Of a stretch of 64,000 bases of DNA, positions 44,835 through 62,834 are shown piece after piece. The notes under the pieces are model-generated. The model was given only the letters and a program-made list of their open reading frames with translations. It was not told the origin of the DNA and did not search any database. The position numbers and the translations under genes are program-made. Source of the DNA: the human T2T-CHM13v2.0 reference genome, Homo sapiens; assembly GCF_009914755.1 (NCBI RefSeq), contig NC_060930.1; one strand, 5' to 3'. The stretch's first letter is position 1. The number at the start of each line of letters is the position of its first letter.

Positions 44835-44840
44835 TTTATT
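44835..44840 (-). terminator. CDSN distal polyadenylation signal AATAAA
   Basis: tttatt at 44835-44840, ~910 nt after the stop codon; predicts an mRNA of about 2.55 kb before the tail. Confidence 0.8.
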
Positions 44841-45327
44841 GTCTTCCTCCTCTGTGGGAGGAGCTGGAAGGTAGAAGAGAAACACAGCCCGCTTTTGAAG
44901 GAAAATGAGGGACACAGAGACCTCTAGAGGCGTAGGAAGAGCACCACCCAGACTCTCAGAGGAGACCCAGGACTCCAAGAAGGCAAAAAGTCTGCACCTA
45001 GTCCCCACAGTTTACTGAGCCATCTGTCCAGGATCCAGGGACAGCAGGGAGCCTGCTCCAACCTCTGAGGGTGCCCCAGTGTCTCCCTCACCCAGGGAAT
45101 CATCTGGGCACTGAGGGAAATGGCCACAGGAAGGGGCTGAGATAAGGGCCTTGAGAGGCAATGGGTGTGTTGGGGACGGTGATCTAGGAGGGCGTGGTGA
45201 GCTCTGTAATGGAGGGTGGGGTGGAATTGGGAGCGAAAGCCCAGTGGCATATTGGGTGGGTTGACTAGATGTCGAAGAGAGGTCAGTGAAAAGTGGCCAC
45301 TGTTTCCAGATGATGGTTTGACTTTGC

Positions 45328-45333
45328 TTTATT
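45328..45333 (-). terminator. CDSN proximal polyadenylation signal AATAAA
   Basis: tttatt at 45328-45333, ~420 nt after the stop codon; predicts an mRNA of about 2.05 kb before the tail. Confidence 0.65.
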
Positions 45334-45749
45334 TGGTAAAGGGGAAGAGGAAGGTATAACTTCTTCAGGCGTCAGAGGTGCTCTGAGAGCATTTCAGGGG
45401 TTTCCCAGTTGAGAAGGTGATGGGGGTGTTACTCAATGGACCATTTCAACACAGTAGAGGGAATTGTAAGGGGTGGTGATCTGGCTGAGGGGCACTGTGG
45501 TGGAATGGGAATTTAAACAGTAGGAGAGAATCAAGAGAGGAGCTTTGAATCTACCATTTTGAGAAGAGGAAGGAGGAAGGGGTGATAAGAGAGAGTCTGC
45601 AACCTTAGGGTAGTAGAGAAAGCAGAACCACTCTTTTGGGAAGGAGGGAAACTGAGCTAACCCTATGCCTGGGCACTGGCCTTCTCCCATATGGGATATA
45701 GTGTATGTGCTTGTTTGTGCCCAAGGCATGCACACACACAACAGTTGAC

Positions 45750-47273
<1,524 letters not shown>

Positions 47274-48535
47274 TTAGTAAGGGCCAAGGAGGCTTGGCTT
47301 CCTCCCTCACCTTTCTGCCTTATCTCAGTAATCGGCCTCTCGGGTTTCTCCCAAGCAGAGCGCAGGGAGAGTTTAGGGATGGAGAAAGGAGGAAGAACTG
47401 GCTATTGTCTCTAAAGGATATTGAGGTGGCCGAATAAAGGCATTTCTTTGTTTGGGAAGGGTGGGCAAACACCAACCAGAAAAATAGAAAATTACGTGCC
47501 AAAGTGAGTGACCTCAAAGGAATACATTGAATATAAGAGGGGGCTGGGCACAGTGGCTCACGCCGGTAATCCCAGCACTTTGGGAGGCTGAGGTGGGAGG
47601 ATTGCATGCGCCCCAGAGTTCAAGACCAGCCTGGGCAACATAGACCCCATCTGTATTTTGTTTTTTAATTAAAATTTTTTTTAAAAAGAAGAGGGAATGG
47701 AGAAGGGGCAGGAACAAATAGGTCTAAAAGAAAGGACCCTGAAGAGACAGAGAATTGGGGAAACTGAGGCTCTGAGGAGTCCAGGCGTAAATTCTTAGGG
47801 GAAAAATCCTGGGCCAGACAGTGGGACCAGAGGGAAGAAGACAAAAGGCAAAACAATGGAGGGCTGAGAAGTGGAGACACATATAGAAGGAGACACTGGA
47901 AAAAGACAAAGCTGGGGGCAGAGGGGCTGAAATAAAGGAAAGGGCACTCGAGGACTAAGATTTGGTCACCAGCTTCTTCGTGAGAGCCCAGGCTGGGGTC
48001 AGGAATGGAAACCCTATTTCCTATCTCAGCACTGGCCATGCCAGTAAAGCTGGGTGGGGGCCAGGATGTGGGGTCACTACCTGTTGCTTCAGAACCTGCT
48101 GGTACCAGTGTGTCAGGACACCGCACCCTGAGCCAGCCCTGCTCTCGCTGGCCCAGCCCAGGGAACCAGGACGAAACCCCACGAACCTCCGAGGCTCCTG
48201 GCCACAATCAGCTTCCCTCTCTGAGCACACCTGCCTCTGTCCAGCCCCTCATCTGACTTCTGCTGCCTTGACTTCCCTCAGGGATGTGGAGCCACATCTT
48301 TCCTTATCTTTCCTTTCCTTTGCTCAAAACCCCAGGCCCAACTTACCCCATGGTTCCTCCATGACTCTTTCACCTGCGTTCCTTCTGCCTTCCCTAGCCC
48401 CTCCAGGTCCCACGTGTTACAAACAGAGCCACATACTAGCAAGTTACTGAACCTCTCTGAGCTTTAGTTTATACATTCAGAGGGGCCAAATTTTCCCTGC
48501 CTTCCCACAGCATTACTATGAAGAAAACTAAATGA

Positions 48536-48787
<252 letters not shown>

Positions 48788-49461
48788 TGAACTCCTGACC
48801 TCAGGCGATTCACCTGCCTTGGCCTCCTGAAGTGTTGGGATTACAGGCACAAGCTATCATGTGCGGCCAGATGTTTTAGAAAGTGTAAAGCATTATATAT
48901 TATGAATTATTACTGCCACTCATCCTGATCCCTCCACCAACAACCAGACTGCCATCCTCTGTGATGTCCCTGTTCTCTCCTCAGAAAGAAATTCTCTGCA
49001 TGCACCTTCACGCCGAACCCCAGCTGTGCCAATTCCCTTCAGTCCTCTGCACGAATCCACCATGCATTGCCTCTCTCTTTCGCTATTCCCTCAGACACCA
49101 ACCACCCACTAGACCATGGGAAGGTCGCAGAAATTCCTCAAGGGCTATAAGTACCCGGTGGTCAACAACACAGGTCCAGGGGTTGCCTGGCCTGGGGTTG
49201 AAATCTTGGCTTTGCTGCCTTCTAATGCATGATTTTGAGCTAGTTTCCTAACCTCTCCGAGCCTCAGTGTCCTCATCTGTAGAGTGGAAATAGCAAATCT
49301 CTTTTCATACCGTTCTTGTAATGATCAAAAGTGCTAATATAGGCCGGGTGTGGTGGCTCATGCCTGTAATCCCAGCACCTTGGGAGGCCGAGGCGAGCGG
49401 ATCACTTGAGTCAGGAGTTCAAGACCAGCTTGACCAAAATGGTAAAACCCTGTTTCTACTA

Positions 49462-49770
<309 letters not shown>

Positions 49771-50058
49771 TCACCACCACCATTTATATAAACCTCTAGA
49801 ATTTCCAAAGTACATATCACATACATTATTTAATTTGAGACACACAGACTAGAGGTAGGTGTCATTAACCCCACTTCAGAATTTCAGAAACTGGGGCTCA
49901 GGAAGTTTAAGAAACTTACCTGAGGCGACCATACAGTGAGGAGCAACCCCCAGACTCAAAAGGCAGATTCCAGAGCCCCTGCCCGTCCCCTTCGCTGGGT
50001 CCTCTCCCGGAGTCTCCCTCCCGCCTCCCTCCTGTTCCCAGGGCCCCCAGCCTCCTAC

Positions 50059-50143
50059 CTGGCAGGAGGAGACCAGCCAGCAGCAGTGCCATCATCCCGT
50101 GCCCACCCACACGCCCCATCCAGGGTGCCCGAGACGAGCCCAT
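50059..50143 (-). CDS. CDSN: CDSN exon 1 coding part (signal peptide [29 protein letters not shown])
   Basis: ATG at 50143-50141. 28 codons + 1 nt, then donor CCAG|GTAGGA (GT at 50058-50057). Lies inside ORF 49916..50419. Confidence 0.96.
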
Positions 50144-50191
50144 CTCGGGCTGCACGGCCTCCTGACTGATGGCAGCTCGAGGACACCTGGG

Positions 50192-50300
50192 TCCTTTATG
50201 CCAGAGCTGGACATTCCCTGGGCAGGAGTCACTGTGGGGAGAGGAGGAGAGGTGGAGGGGGTGGGTGCCCCGGGGGAAGTTGGTGTGGCCGGGAGGAGCG
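50192..50300 (-). promoter_or_regulatory. CDSN core promoter: TATA-like CATAAAGG with upstream CACCC/GC boxes
   Basis: CATAAA at 50200-50195, ~52 nt upstream of the ATG. CACCCACCCCC and GC-rich elements at about 50250-50300. Confidence 0.6.
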
Positions 50301-52337
50301 TGGTAATCAGCCCGGTGCATCTGCCTACTCAGCAGCAGCAGTGGCTGCAGTGTGGGGTACCCATGGCCACGGGGCTCTAACGATCCTGCCACCTGACAGG
50401 CCTGGCCCCGGCTCCTCATTGCCTAACCCGGAACCAGGCGCTCTGCCCCACGGCCACCCACTCTGGGGCGGCCACTCTTGCCACGGGACCCAGCTGCCTG
50501 GCTCCTTAACTCTCCTGCCTACCGTGGCTTGGCCTGTCTCTCCATCTGCCCTCCACTCGCAGTCGTGGGTGTTTCAGCTTTTTCTTCCACACTTGGGTGC
50601 CCGCTCCAGCCCCACCCACCCAACCCCAATGAGGTCCCATTCACAGCCCCTGATCTGCTCCTTCCTTAGGACCCCATCACTCCACCTCCACTTTCCTCCT
50701 TCAAATATGAGTTCTGCCCCCATCCCCCAGGCTCCCCCTCCCACCACTCCCCAAGTACCAGGCCAGCCACATACCTATTACGTGTTCCATCACCTGGGGA
50801 ACCTTCTCCTTCTCAGAAATGGGGCACCACATTCCCAAAACCAACTCCCTGACCTGTCGCTTCTGGGGGCCTCTGGGGACGGCATGGTGGCGGGGGTGGG
50901 GGGGGGTGCTGGGAGCCAGGGCTCAGCCAGGGGAGGGGCCTGGGCTGATGACCTCTGTCAAAGCTGGGCCTTGGTTACTCACAGGCCACTCACAGCCCCT
51001 CCCCATGGCTGGTAACCCAGACCTCAAGGGTGAGCAAGAGGCTAAGAAGGCTAATTGGGAAGGTGGTGGCCCCGTAGCCCATCTGCTGGCCCTGGGCTGG
51101 ATGAGCGAGCAGGAAGCAGCAGCCAGCTCTGGGCAGGTCGAGGAGGGCCAGGCAGGCTCCCGGGTCCTCAAAGGATGAAAGGAGGCCAGGAGAACCGGAG
51201 CCCTGCCATCTGCTGAGAGGGTGGTGGCTTCTCCTCCATTGCGTTGGCCTCCCTCCTGCTCTGGCCCCTGCCCCGCCCCAGCCAATTAATTGCTCACTAG
51301 TATTGCGGGAGTATCAGTATCGGAGGGAGGTGCCTGCAAGTCCAGCAAGCTGCCCTCTCCTCCCCCAGGCCTCAGACACCCCTGCTCCCCTCACCCAAAC
51401 TCACTTCCCAAACCTCATCTCCTCACAAAGGCAGCTCTGTCCCTGGGCCCCTTGGGCTGGTCTCTCCCATTCCCTCTACCTCCTGACCGCCCTTTAAGTT
51501 CAGACCAGCAGGAGGATGGAAATGTTTCCTGTCTGTGCTGTCCGATACGGTAGCCACTGGCCACATGGAGCAAGTTTAACCACCAAAGATTTGGAGCTTT
51601 AATTTTAATTAATTGTAATGATGTGGTTGGCCACGTGCAGCTAGTGGCTGCCATCTAGTCTTGCTCTTGACTTGCTAGTGACACTCAGAATGGGAGTGGG
51701 AGGAAAGAGGGGCTGAGGGAGCTGTGGAGAGAGGAAGGGATAGGACAGGGTCCCCTGAAGGGGGCTAATGCCTTGGGAAAAACAAACAAACAAAAAACAC
51801 TGGCTTCAGAATGAAGATGACGTGGGTTCAAGTCCCAGCTAACCTCTTGGCTTTGGGCGGCTCTTCAAACCTTTCTGAACTTCCATCTCCTCATCTGTGA
51901 AATGGGGGTATTTTAAATAACACTTATTTCGCAAGGTTTTTGTGAACATCAAATGGGAAATTATCAAAAAGGTTAAATGGGACAAGGGGTGCAGTCCCCC
52001 AGTAGGAAGCCCAGCAAATGGAGCCCGGCAGGTGCTCCTGTCTTCATCCTTCCACTGGGGGAGACAAATAGGCCAGCTTCACCCCCACAGCCCCAGGCTC
52101 CCTTTCCTGAGTCTCCAGCCCAGCCAATGCTAGCAGAGTGTCTTCTGCTCCCTTCCTGCCTTGTATAGAGGTGCAGGCACAAATGTGAGACAGAGATACC
52201 ATTTAAAGTGATGCTGCTCGGCTGGGCACGGTGGCTCACGCTTGTAATCCCAGCACTATGGGAGGCCGATGCGGGCGGATCACTTGAGGCCAGGAGTTCG
52301 AGATCAGCCTGGCCAACATGGCGAAACCCCGTCTCTA

Positions 52338-52558
<221 letters not shown>

Positions 52559-54270
52559 CTAGACTCTCAGGCTTGGCTCCCTGGAGGACCTGGGCAAGGA
52601 GGGAGGGGGCACTGGGGTAGTGAGGGGAGTGGCAGAGGGCAGGGAGGAGTGGACTAGAAGGTGCTGGGCCGTCCCAGGGTGTGAGGGGAGAAGGCAGCGG
52701 AACAGTGGAATCTGTGGCTTCTTCTTTTCCAACACAAACTTCCCCTGACCAGCCAGAGGTAGCAAAGTTTGTCTTGTTTTCTTTCTCACAGTCCTCCTGG
52801 CTGCCATCAGAACTTGGCCAAGACAGCCAGGCTGGAGGAGGCACAGTCTCTCCTGGCCTCCTGCCAGGTCTCCAGCCGCCCACGTGGACTGGTGGTGCAG
52901 CCACGTCCCTCCTCCTGGCTACTCTCTCCTGTCCACTCCTGTCCACCCCATCCTGCCACCCTGGGCTGCCCAGTTCCTCTACTGTCCTGCCCACCTGTGG
53001 GTCCTTGAGCTCTAATCTGCCATGCTTTTGGTTTTTTACTGAAACCCTGCCTTCTGTGCTAGATTTTACTCTGGTGCTCACCATTAATCTTTCTCTCAGT
53101 GCAGGTGGTGAAGACCTAAAGCTAATGGGGCTTAGGAGGGAAGAGAAGGGCATCAGCTGAGTGCCCACACAGGCCAGGGTCACCTTCAGTGAAGCTGCCA
53201 GTTTGGTGACGTCCACAGTACTGCAGGCAGCTCTGCTGTGTTCTACAGCAACAGATTCTGGCCCTGCCCCTGCCCGTGCCCGTGCATTGGACCGGGTGAG
53301 AAAGTGTGGGTGGCGTAGACACTCTACACCCGAGAAAATCAAGCTCAAAGCACATGGCTTCCATAGGCAAAAGGTGGGGCTCCCAGCCATGTATTATGAA
53401 GCAGGCAGGTCACTGTCCCCTCCGGTCCCCTCCACCCCTCCAGCAGCCCTGTGCTGCTGTGTTTGCTGTGCCAGCCTTTGCCCCCAGTGCACGCTCCTCT
53501 GCTGTGTTTTGGAAGTTGCACTGAGAAAGAAGAGAAATTGTTCCTTGCCCTGAGGAGCTGCCATCCAGCTGGGGACACACAGCGTAAGAGAGCAGCCTAG
53601 AGTGGAGAAGCGGGTAGGCACTTGGCTTCAGGGAGGTGGCAGGACTTTCCCCGGGCCTTGAGGAATGATGAGAGAAGCACAGAGCAGGCAGCCAGACGTG
53701 GGGCCTTGTGGTGCTTCAGGTGTATTTAGAACCAGCGGATGGCGTGGGTTGGTGTGGGACATGCATGTGGAGGACAGTGGTGTGGGAGAAGGGACAGGCT
53801 GCTTGGATCGGGATTGTAGATGACCTACAACACCAGGTTAAAAGAATTTGGATTCTATAGGAATTGCAGTAAATGTGAGAGGGTGCAGGGAACCAAACGG
53901 CTTTGAATGATCACAAAGGGGGCTGAAGCATGGCGTGCTGTAGTCCCAGCTACCCAGGAGGTGGAGGTGGGAGGAATCCGAGGCCAGCTGGGGCAACTTG
54001 AGGGACTCCATAAAGAGGAGGCTTGGGGCACGAGATCCACCATGTACTGACTGCCTGCTGCAGGCGGACACGGTGCCTGGGTATTTAACATGAGTTGTCT
54101 TGTTCAATCTTCACAACAGCCCTACAGGGTAAGTGCTTTTTCCCCCTGTTTCACAGATGAGAAAACTAAGTTGAAATTATTTGTCCAAACCAGCTGCTAA
54201 CAAGCAAAAATGTTTGAAAAAGATTCAAACCCAGGCCTGTTGGACTTCCAGGCCTACATAGATCCTATTA

Positions 54271-54525
<255 letters not shown>

Positions 54526-55401
54526 CTACTAAAAATACAAAAATTAGCCGGGTGCGGGGGCAGGCACCTGTAATCCCAGCTACTCAGGAGGCTGAGGCAG
54601 GAGAATCATTTGAACCAGCGAGGCGGAGGCTGCAGTGAGCCGATTTCATGCCACTGCACTCCAGCCTGGGTGACAGAGTGAGACTCCGTCTCAAAAAAAA
54701 AAAAGTGAAGAGTTCCTAAGTGAAGGTTACTGGCTCATGAGGTCCCTCCTCCACAGCTTTCCTCCTCTGGGGGCCTGAGAGTCAGGACAGAAGTTCTAGC
54801 ACAAGTGTTTCACATAGGGGTCCTTGGTAGACCAGGGCTTAGGCTTGGAAGAAGGAAAATGGAGTGAGCACGAGGAAGAGAAAAAGCCTGGAAAAGCAGC
54901 TTATTTTGTGCTGAGGAGAGAAGGAAAGGGGCCACCCAGAGCTGCTCTGGGGCTCCAGGGCCTGTGGGCTCCTCCCCTCCTTTGTTCCTCTCTGCTTGGC
55001 TCCAGCGAGAGGCCATTTCCTCTCCTCTCTCTTTCTCCATGACACCCACGCTTCCCTGTGGACTCACCTCTGCAGCCACAGCAACACCCTCCTCTCCTTG
55101 GCGTGGAAGCCAGCGCTCCTGGCCCACTCCCAGTAGGGAATGTCCTCTGAGTTGTTTTTCCTGTGCGGGGAGGGGTGGACTGAGTCATCCACACTCTTCA
55201 CCTGGTTCCTCTGGTGACCAAGAACATAGAAGGAGAGGGCACATCCCCAATCAGGTGTTCCGAACATCTCTGCGGGGACTGACCCTCCTCAGCCCAGGTG
55301 CTCCCATGGGACTGGCTACACTTCTTGACTCAGTTTTAATCTCTCCTTCTCTGCCTTCCTGTTGGGAATACCCCCTCACTTCTGTGGCTTCTTTCCTGTA
55401 G

Positions 55402-55565
55402 TAGACGATCAAGGGTGGAATCTACAGTCCATGGGCCCTGACTTCTTGCCTTCGTCTCAAATAGACTCTGCAGCCAGCCATCTATGCAGCGCCCCAGTGG
55501 CTTTGAAATGCAACAGAAACCATCACCCCCGGACCATGGGCTCCATGCCAGTGGGCAAAGCACAG
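55402..55565 (+). other. PSORS1C1: PSORS1C1 exon 2 (5' UTR)
   Basis: Acceptor ttctttcctgTAG|TAG (tandem NAGNAG) and donor CAG|GTGCGT; 164 nt. Confidence 0.72.
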
Positions 55566-57277
55566 GTGCGTTCACTGAGTTCCCAGCACATAGCTGTGGC
55601 AGGCACTTGGTGATATTTTGAAATAAAAGAATGGAAGAATGTGTCCAAGCTGTGCTTCCCCTTTCTACCTTACTCAGGGACATGGTGCCCTCCTCTCTGG
55701 TTTCCTGCCCTGTGCCCACCCCCCGCCCCCTGCAAGCACAGCTCTTATGTGCAAAGCCCCTGTAGGTGCTGGAGGGATTCACTGATGGCCTTGGCGGAGG
55801 TGGCAGTGGGCATGTGCACTTGGCTCTGACACAGCCACTCATGCAACACCCTGTGCAATCTCGGCCTGGGCCTGTGTGTCCTGCCCTCATTCCTCACGGG
55901 TGACTGTCTCCCCTGAGCCACTCTTCTCTCTATTGGATTAGCTCCTTTTATTTCCCCCTAGGGATGCAACACATTTTTATGAACAAACAGCAGTGTTCAC
56001 ATGGCTGTGATGAGGACGTACTGGGGTTTCCCCTGGACATGGCATTCATCTGATGCCAGTGGTGGGCACGACCGTGCTGTATACTTTAAAAAAACCCTAG
56101 GGTGTTCTGTTAGGTGCCCCCACTGCAGCATAACGAGTTGCCCCTAGCTGAGAAGCCCTGTCCTGGGGCCTGTCCACACCATCCTCTTCCTGAGATTATT
56201 CCTGGTGTGGGCGGTGCTCGGCTCTACCTTTCCTTCCTTCTTCCCTGCTTGGCTCCTGGTCCATGGCTCTCTCCTCTATGGAATGGCCTCCTGGAGCTTG
56301 GCTGGGTCAGCCCCCACTTTCCACTCTTCCCATGCCTGTCCTCACCCTCCCAGCAGCCCTGCCAGCCTCCGACGGGCCCAGGGCACTGCAGCCGGCACTT
56401 GGGAGTGAAGACTGGGGCCAGAGCCAGGCGCACCTTTGGCCACTGAATCCTGAAAGAGGAGGAATTTGGCAAGTGGGGTTCTGCCCACCAAGCTTTCTTC
56501 CCCCCGCTCCCCTGAGTCTTTTCCCTTCACCCCCACTTCCCAAAAGCAGCAGGGAGTCAGCTGTAGGGCAGTCGCTCCCTGGGCCGAAGCCTTCCTGGCT
56601 GTTTCCGTCACACCCTGAGGCCACCCCTCTTATCTTGCGAGGAGGGAGGCACACAGAGGCTGTGATTAGCTGTCACGGTAGCAAGACTGTTCCCCTCTCT
56701 GTCCTGCGGAGTGAGTGTGAGGGAAAAGAGCTCTCCTTGTCTGCTCATTATTTGCACCTGTTAAATAGTCATTCTTTCCACTAGGGCTATTAGTGGTTTT
56801 TATTGTTACTGGTCACCCAGAATTAGAGTCACAGCTTCCTCGACAGGGTGAAAGAGAGCGCCAGGGTGCAGTCTGAACGTGCTCTCGGGAGAGGAGAGGC
56901 CGGAAAGACTTGTACCAGGAGGGACTTCTAGGCTGGGCTGGCCCTTGGAGCCCCTGGGAATGGGACTGTGGTGGCCCATCTTCCCTCCTGTGTTCTGGGT
57001 TGTCTGAGTGCCTCCGGGTGAGAGTCCTCACAGGAGAGAGCTTCTCCTACTGCCCAGTGTCTCCCTGGCACCTGAGGCATCACCCAGCACACAGAGGTGA
57101 CCAGGAAACACAGACTCCTGTTAGAGAGGCATCTCGTGTCCCGCTCTGTTCTCTTGGGCCCTGGGACTAGAACATCTTCACCAGAGACCGGCGCCGACTC
57201 CTTGGCAGTGTGTAACATTCAGCTCGGTGCCGACGTCTGCCCATGCAGGACTGATCTCCATTCTCTCAATGACCCTA

Positions 57278-57576
<299 letters not shown>

Positions 57577-59290
57577 CTATTTCCTCGCTCTGCCTAAGCT
57601 GCGTCACACCATTCATCACTAGGTGACATCCTACTACAGATACCTTGTAAGCATCTGTGTATCTCTCTCCTCCCTCACTGGAAGGCAGCTCCCTGAGGGC
57701 AGGGCCCTGATCCCTTTGACTGGCTGTGGTATCCTCTCCTGTAGACCACTGGCTCATGAAATTATCAGGGAGAGAATGTGTAAATGATGATCGTGAGGTC
57801 CACTTGGACAAGCAGCCTGTGCCTGAATTTTCCTGAGGACTTCAGAGCCTGTCTCGCCTCGCCTCACATGCCTGGCTCACCTTAGAACGGTCACCTTGAC
57901 GGCTAAAGGGACACCTGTGTGCCTTGATGGTGGACCCAGGGAGTGGATGACATTAGTGAGGGAAAGAGCAAAGGCTCTGGAGGAAAACACCTGAGAGGAG
58001 TCTCTAGGCTGCCCTCTGGTGGCAGTTCTTGGAACAAGACCTGAGAGCCGCTACCTTGGCTCTCAGCATTGCACCGGAGTTTAGAGGTTATTAAAGAAAT
58101 CCCCCTAAAGTCCCATCCCAAGGTCACACAGAGAACGAATGGCTAAGTAGCGACAAGAACCCAAGTCACAGTCTGTTGATCTCACTACCATGCTATCCTG
58201 CCTGCCCCCATCACAGGAGTTGAGATTATACTGCAAAAGGAAAGGTGGGGATGGGGTGGGGACTGGGGAATTTGGGGAGGGAATTGATTACTGCCTCTGA
58301 GGATATTAGGGGGGAAAACCCACAGGAGGTGCATTTGGCTTAATTCAGCAAGTTTTTTGAGTTTTGATTCAGTGCCAGGCACCTGGTGGGCACTTAATTA
58401 AAGATTAGCAGGAGAAGAAAAATGTACAGTAAGAGAGCTTAAGTTTATACCAAAGCGAGTCTTGGGTCTAATGATTTTGAAACATGAAATTGGCAGAGAA
58501 GTTAGGAGTCCTCCTGGGCTCCTACGTCAGGGTTTGCCCCCTCTCTAATTTAACTTTTTATCAAATTTTATTGTCATGATGTATATGTTTGTCCTCCCTA
58601 AACACAGAGCCCCTTGAGGGCAGGGAGGACTGAAACTGCTTCCTGGGACTGTCACCATCACATAGCACCCCACAGAGCAGATGCTCAATGAATGTTGATT
58701 GTGTGGGCAAATGGATGAACAAATGAATGGTTTGGAGTTTCCCTGGCCAGAGAGCTTCAAAGCAGGGCAGACAACCATCTCTTCTGTCTAGTCCAAAGAC
58801 ATCATTCGCTGCCCAAGGCTCAGGGCTGTGCCTGGTGCTTTCTCAAGGTAACTTAGCTTGTATAATTAGATTTTACCGTGATACTAGTTCTAGGTTCTTT
58901 TTTTTCATTGGCCAAGCATTTAATAACTATCTGTCATGTCCAAGGTTCTGGGCTATTGTTCTGTAAATCTGTGATCCTATTCTGTTATTTAATTCCATGA
59001 CTCTGTGTTGACATAGACGTGACGGTGTCCCTGGGGCATTTACTCCTAGGTGAGCTTAGCCAAGGCAGGTAGAGAGGAACCAGCATTGTCTAATCTGAAT
59101 GGATAAGCCAGCACAATGGGTTTCCCTGTGCAAATACCTCCATACCATCCAGGCCCACTCAGTCTCCTCCCCAGCTAATGAAGACAGCCTGTTTGAGTGC
59201 CAAAATCCACTGCCTATTAATAGGTACTAAAATCTCCAATTGCCTCATGCCTCCCCCTTCTCTTTCCCACTCACCTACCTGCCATGTCAG

Positions 59291-59367
59291 CCTGGGAAGA
59301 ATTGGTTTGCAGCCAGGCAGTCCTCCATCCAGTCTTGACTTTGGCACTTGTGATATGACTTGCACAG
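59291..59367 (+). CDS. PSORS1C1: PSORS1C1 exon 3, containing the start codon (ATG 59355; M-T-C-T plus the first base of D); the rest of the CDS is beyond the window
   Basis: Pyrimidine-rich region and CAG acceptor at 59288-59290. Consensus donor CAG|GTGAGT at 59367/59368. ATG ACT TGC ACA G matches the recalled N-terminus MTCTD of PSORS1C1. Confidence 0.78.
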
Positions 59368-60095
59368 GTGAGTTACCTCTCTCAGTGTTGGTTCCTCGTC
59401 TGTGAAATGGGGCTAATCATTTGCTTTATTGAGTGCCTTCTAGGCTGGGTACTAGGAGAGAAGGAAGGGATACAAAGAAAGACAAGGCACAGTTGCTGTC
59501 TTCAAGAAGCTCATACTTTCCAAGGAAATAAAGGCATGGAAACCCACATAGTGCTGTGGAATTAAAGAAGGCAGCATGCTGTAAAGAGCCCCAGCTTTTT
59601 CCCTAGACAACATCAGGGGCTCAGTTCCTTTCCCTCCTTTCTCTCTTCTTTAAGAATTTCTCTTAGCTGGACATGGTGGCACATGCCTGTGGTCCCAGCT
59701 ACTCAGGACGCTGTGGTAGGAGGATCCCTTGAGCCCAGGAGGTCAAGGCTGCAGTGAGTTGTAATTGCACCTCTGCACTGTCCAGCCTGGGCGACAGAGC
59801 AAGACCCTGTCTCAAAAAATAAAAAATTAATTAATTAATTAATTTTTTTTCCTCCTAACTAACTCCACGTTATTGGCTTGAGGGTCAGTTTGAGGGGTCC
59901 AGACCTCCTTCTTCCTTTCTATCCTTAGCTTCCTGCCACAGTATACCCAGAGATGTATGTGTTTCTCCCCACCCTAGGCACAATTTTTTTTTTTTTTCTG
60001 AGACAGCTCTGTCATCCAAGCTGGAGTGCAGTGGTGCAATCATATCTCACTCCAGCTTCAACCTCTCATGCTCAGGTGATCTTCCTGCTGAGTAG

Positions 60096-60595
<500 letters not shown>

Positions 60596-61150
60596 TAGAG
60601 ATGGGGTCTTGCTGTGTTGCCCAGGCTGGCTTTGACCTCCTGAGCTCAAGCAATCTTCCACCTCAGCCTCTGGAATAGCTGGGATTACAGGTGCGCCCTA
60701 CCATGTTCAGCTAACTTATTTTGTTTGTTCAGAGACAGGGTCTTGTTATGTTGCCCAGGCCCAGGCACAGTTCTAATAGAGGAGAGAGACTTTCAGATAT
60801 GAGCTCCTGCACTTGGCACCAAGATCTTCCCTAATTTTCCCCCGACCTGTCTCTCCAACATGTCTCTCTCTTCTTCGGGTTATTTTACTCCAATCATTCT
60901 GATCTACTCTTTGTTAATTGGGCCCTTCATTAAATAATTTAGCCTTTCACAAAACACACATTAAGTGTGCATGACGGCCCAGGCACTGTATTCTCTGTCA
61001 GGGTTACACAGATGAATAAAGAGCTGGGATGGGCCAGGCGCGGTGGCTTATGCTTGTAATCCCAGCACTTTGGGAAGCCAAGGCTGGTGGATCACGAGGT
61101 CGGGAGTTCAAGACCAGCCTGGCCAACATGGTGAAACCCCGTGTCTACTA

Positions 61151-61441
<291 letters not shown>

Positions 61442-61665
61442 TCACTGTACCTCTCTAGGCCTGTTTCTGTCTTCTGTGAAATGATCATGATAGCATTGTT
61501 ATGCAAATTAAACGAGAGCTTAAGCTGTAGAGCATTTACCAACAGTGCCCTATGGCACATGCGCAGTAGAAAGTAGTTGCAATAGTGTGTAGCAAATACT
61601 TTGCATCCTAGGTTGGATTCCCCAGAAGCAGGCCCTGAGACAAAGATTCAAGTAAAAGAGATTTA

Positions 61666-61944
<279 letters not shown>

Positions 61945-62133
61945 TCAAAAATAAATAGGCCAGGCACAGTGGCTCATGCCTGTAATCTCAACACTTTGGG
62001 AGGCCAAGGCGGGCAGATCACCTGAGGTCAGGAGTTTGAGACCAGCCTGGCCAACATGGTGAAACCCTGTTTCTACTAAAAATACAAAAATTAGCTGGGC
62101 GTAGTGGCGCATGCCTGTAATCCCAGCTACTCA

Positions 62134-62402
<269 letters not shown>

Positions 62403-62405
62403 TTA

Positions 62406-62834
<429 letters not shown>

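Noticed and set aside
50341-51015. 224-aa plus-strand ORF over the CDSN promoter
   Set aside because: Non-ATG start and Pro/His/Leu-rich translation of C-rich promoter DNA.
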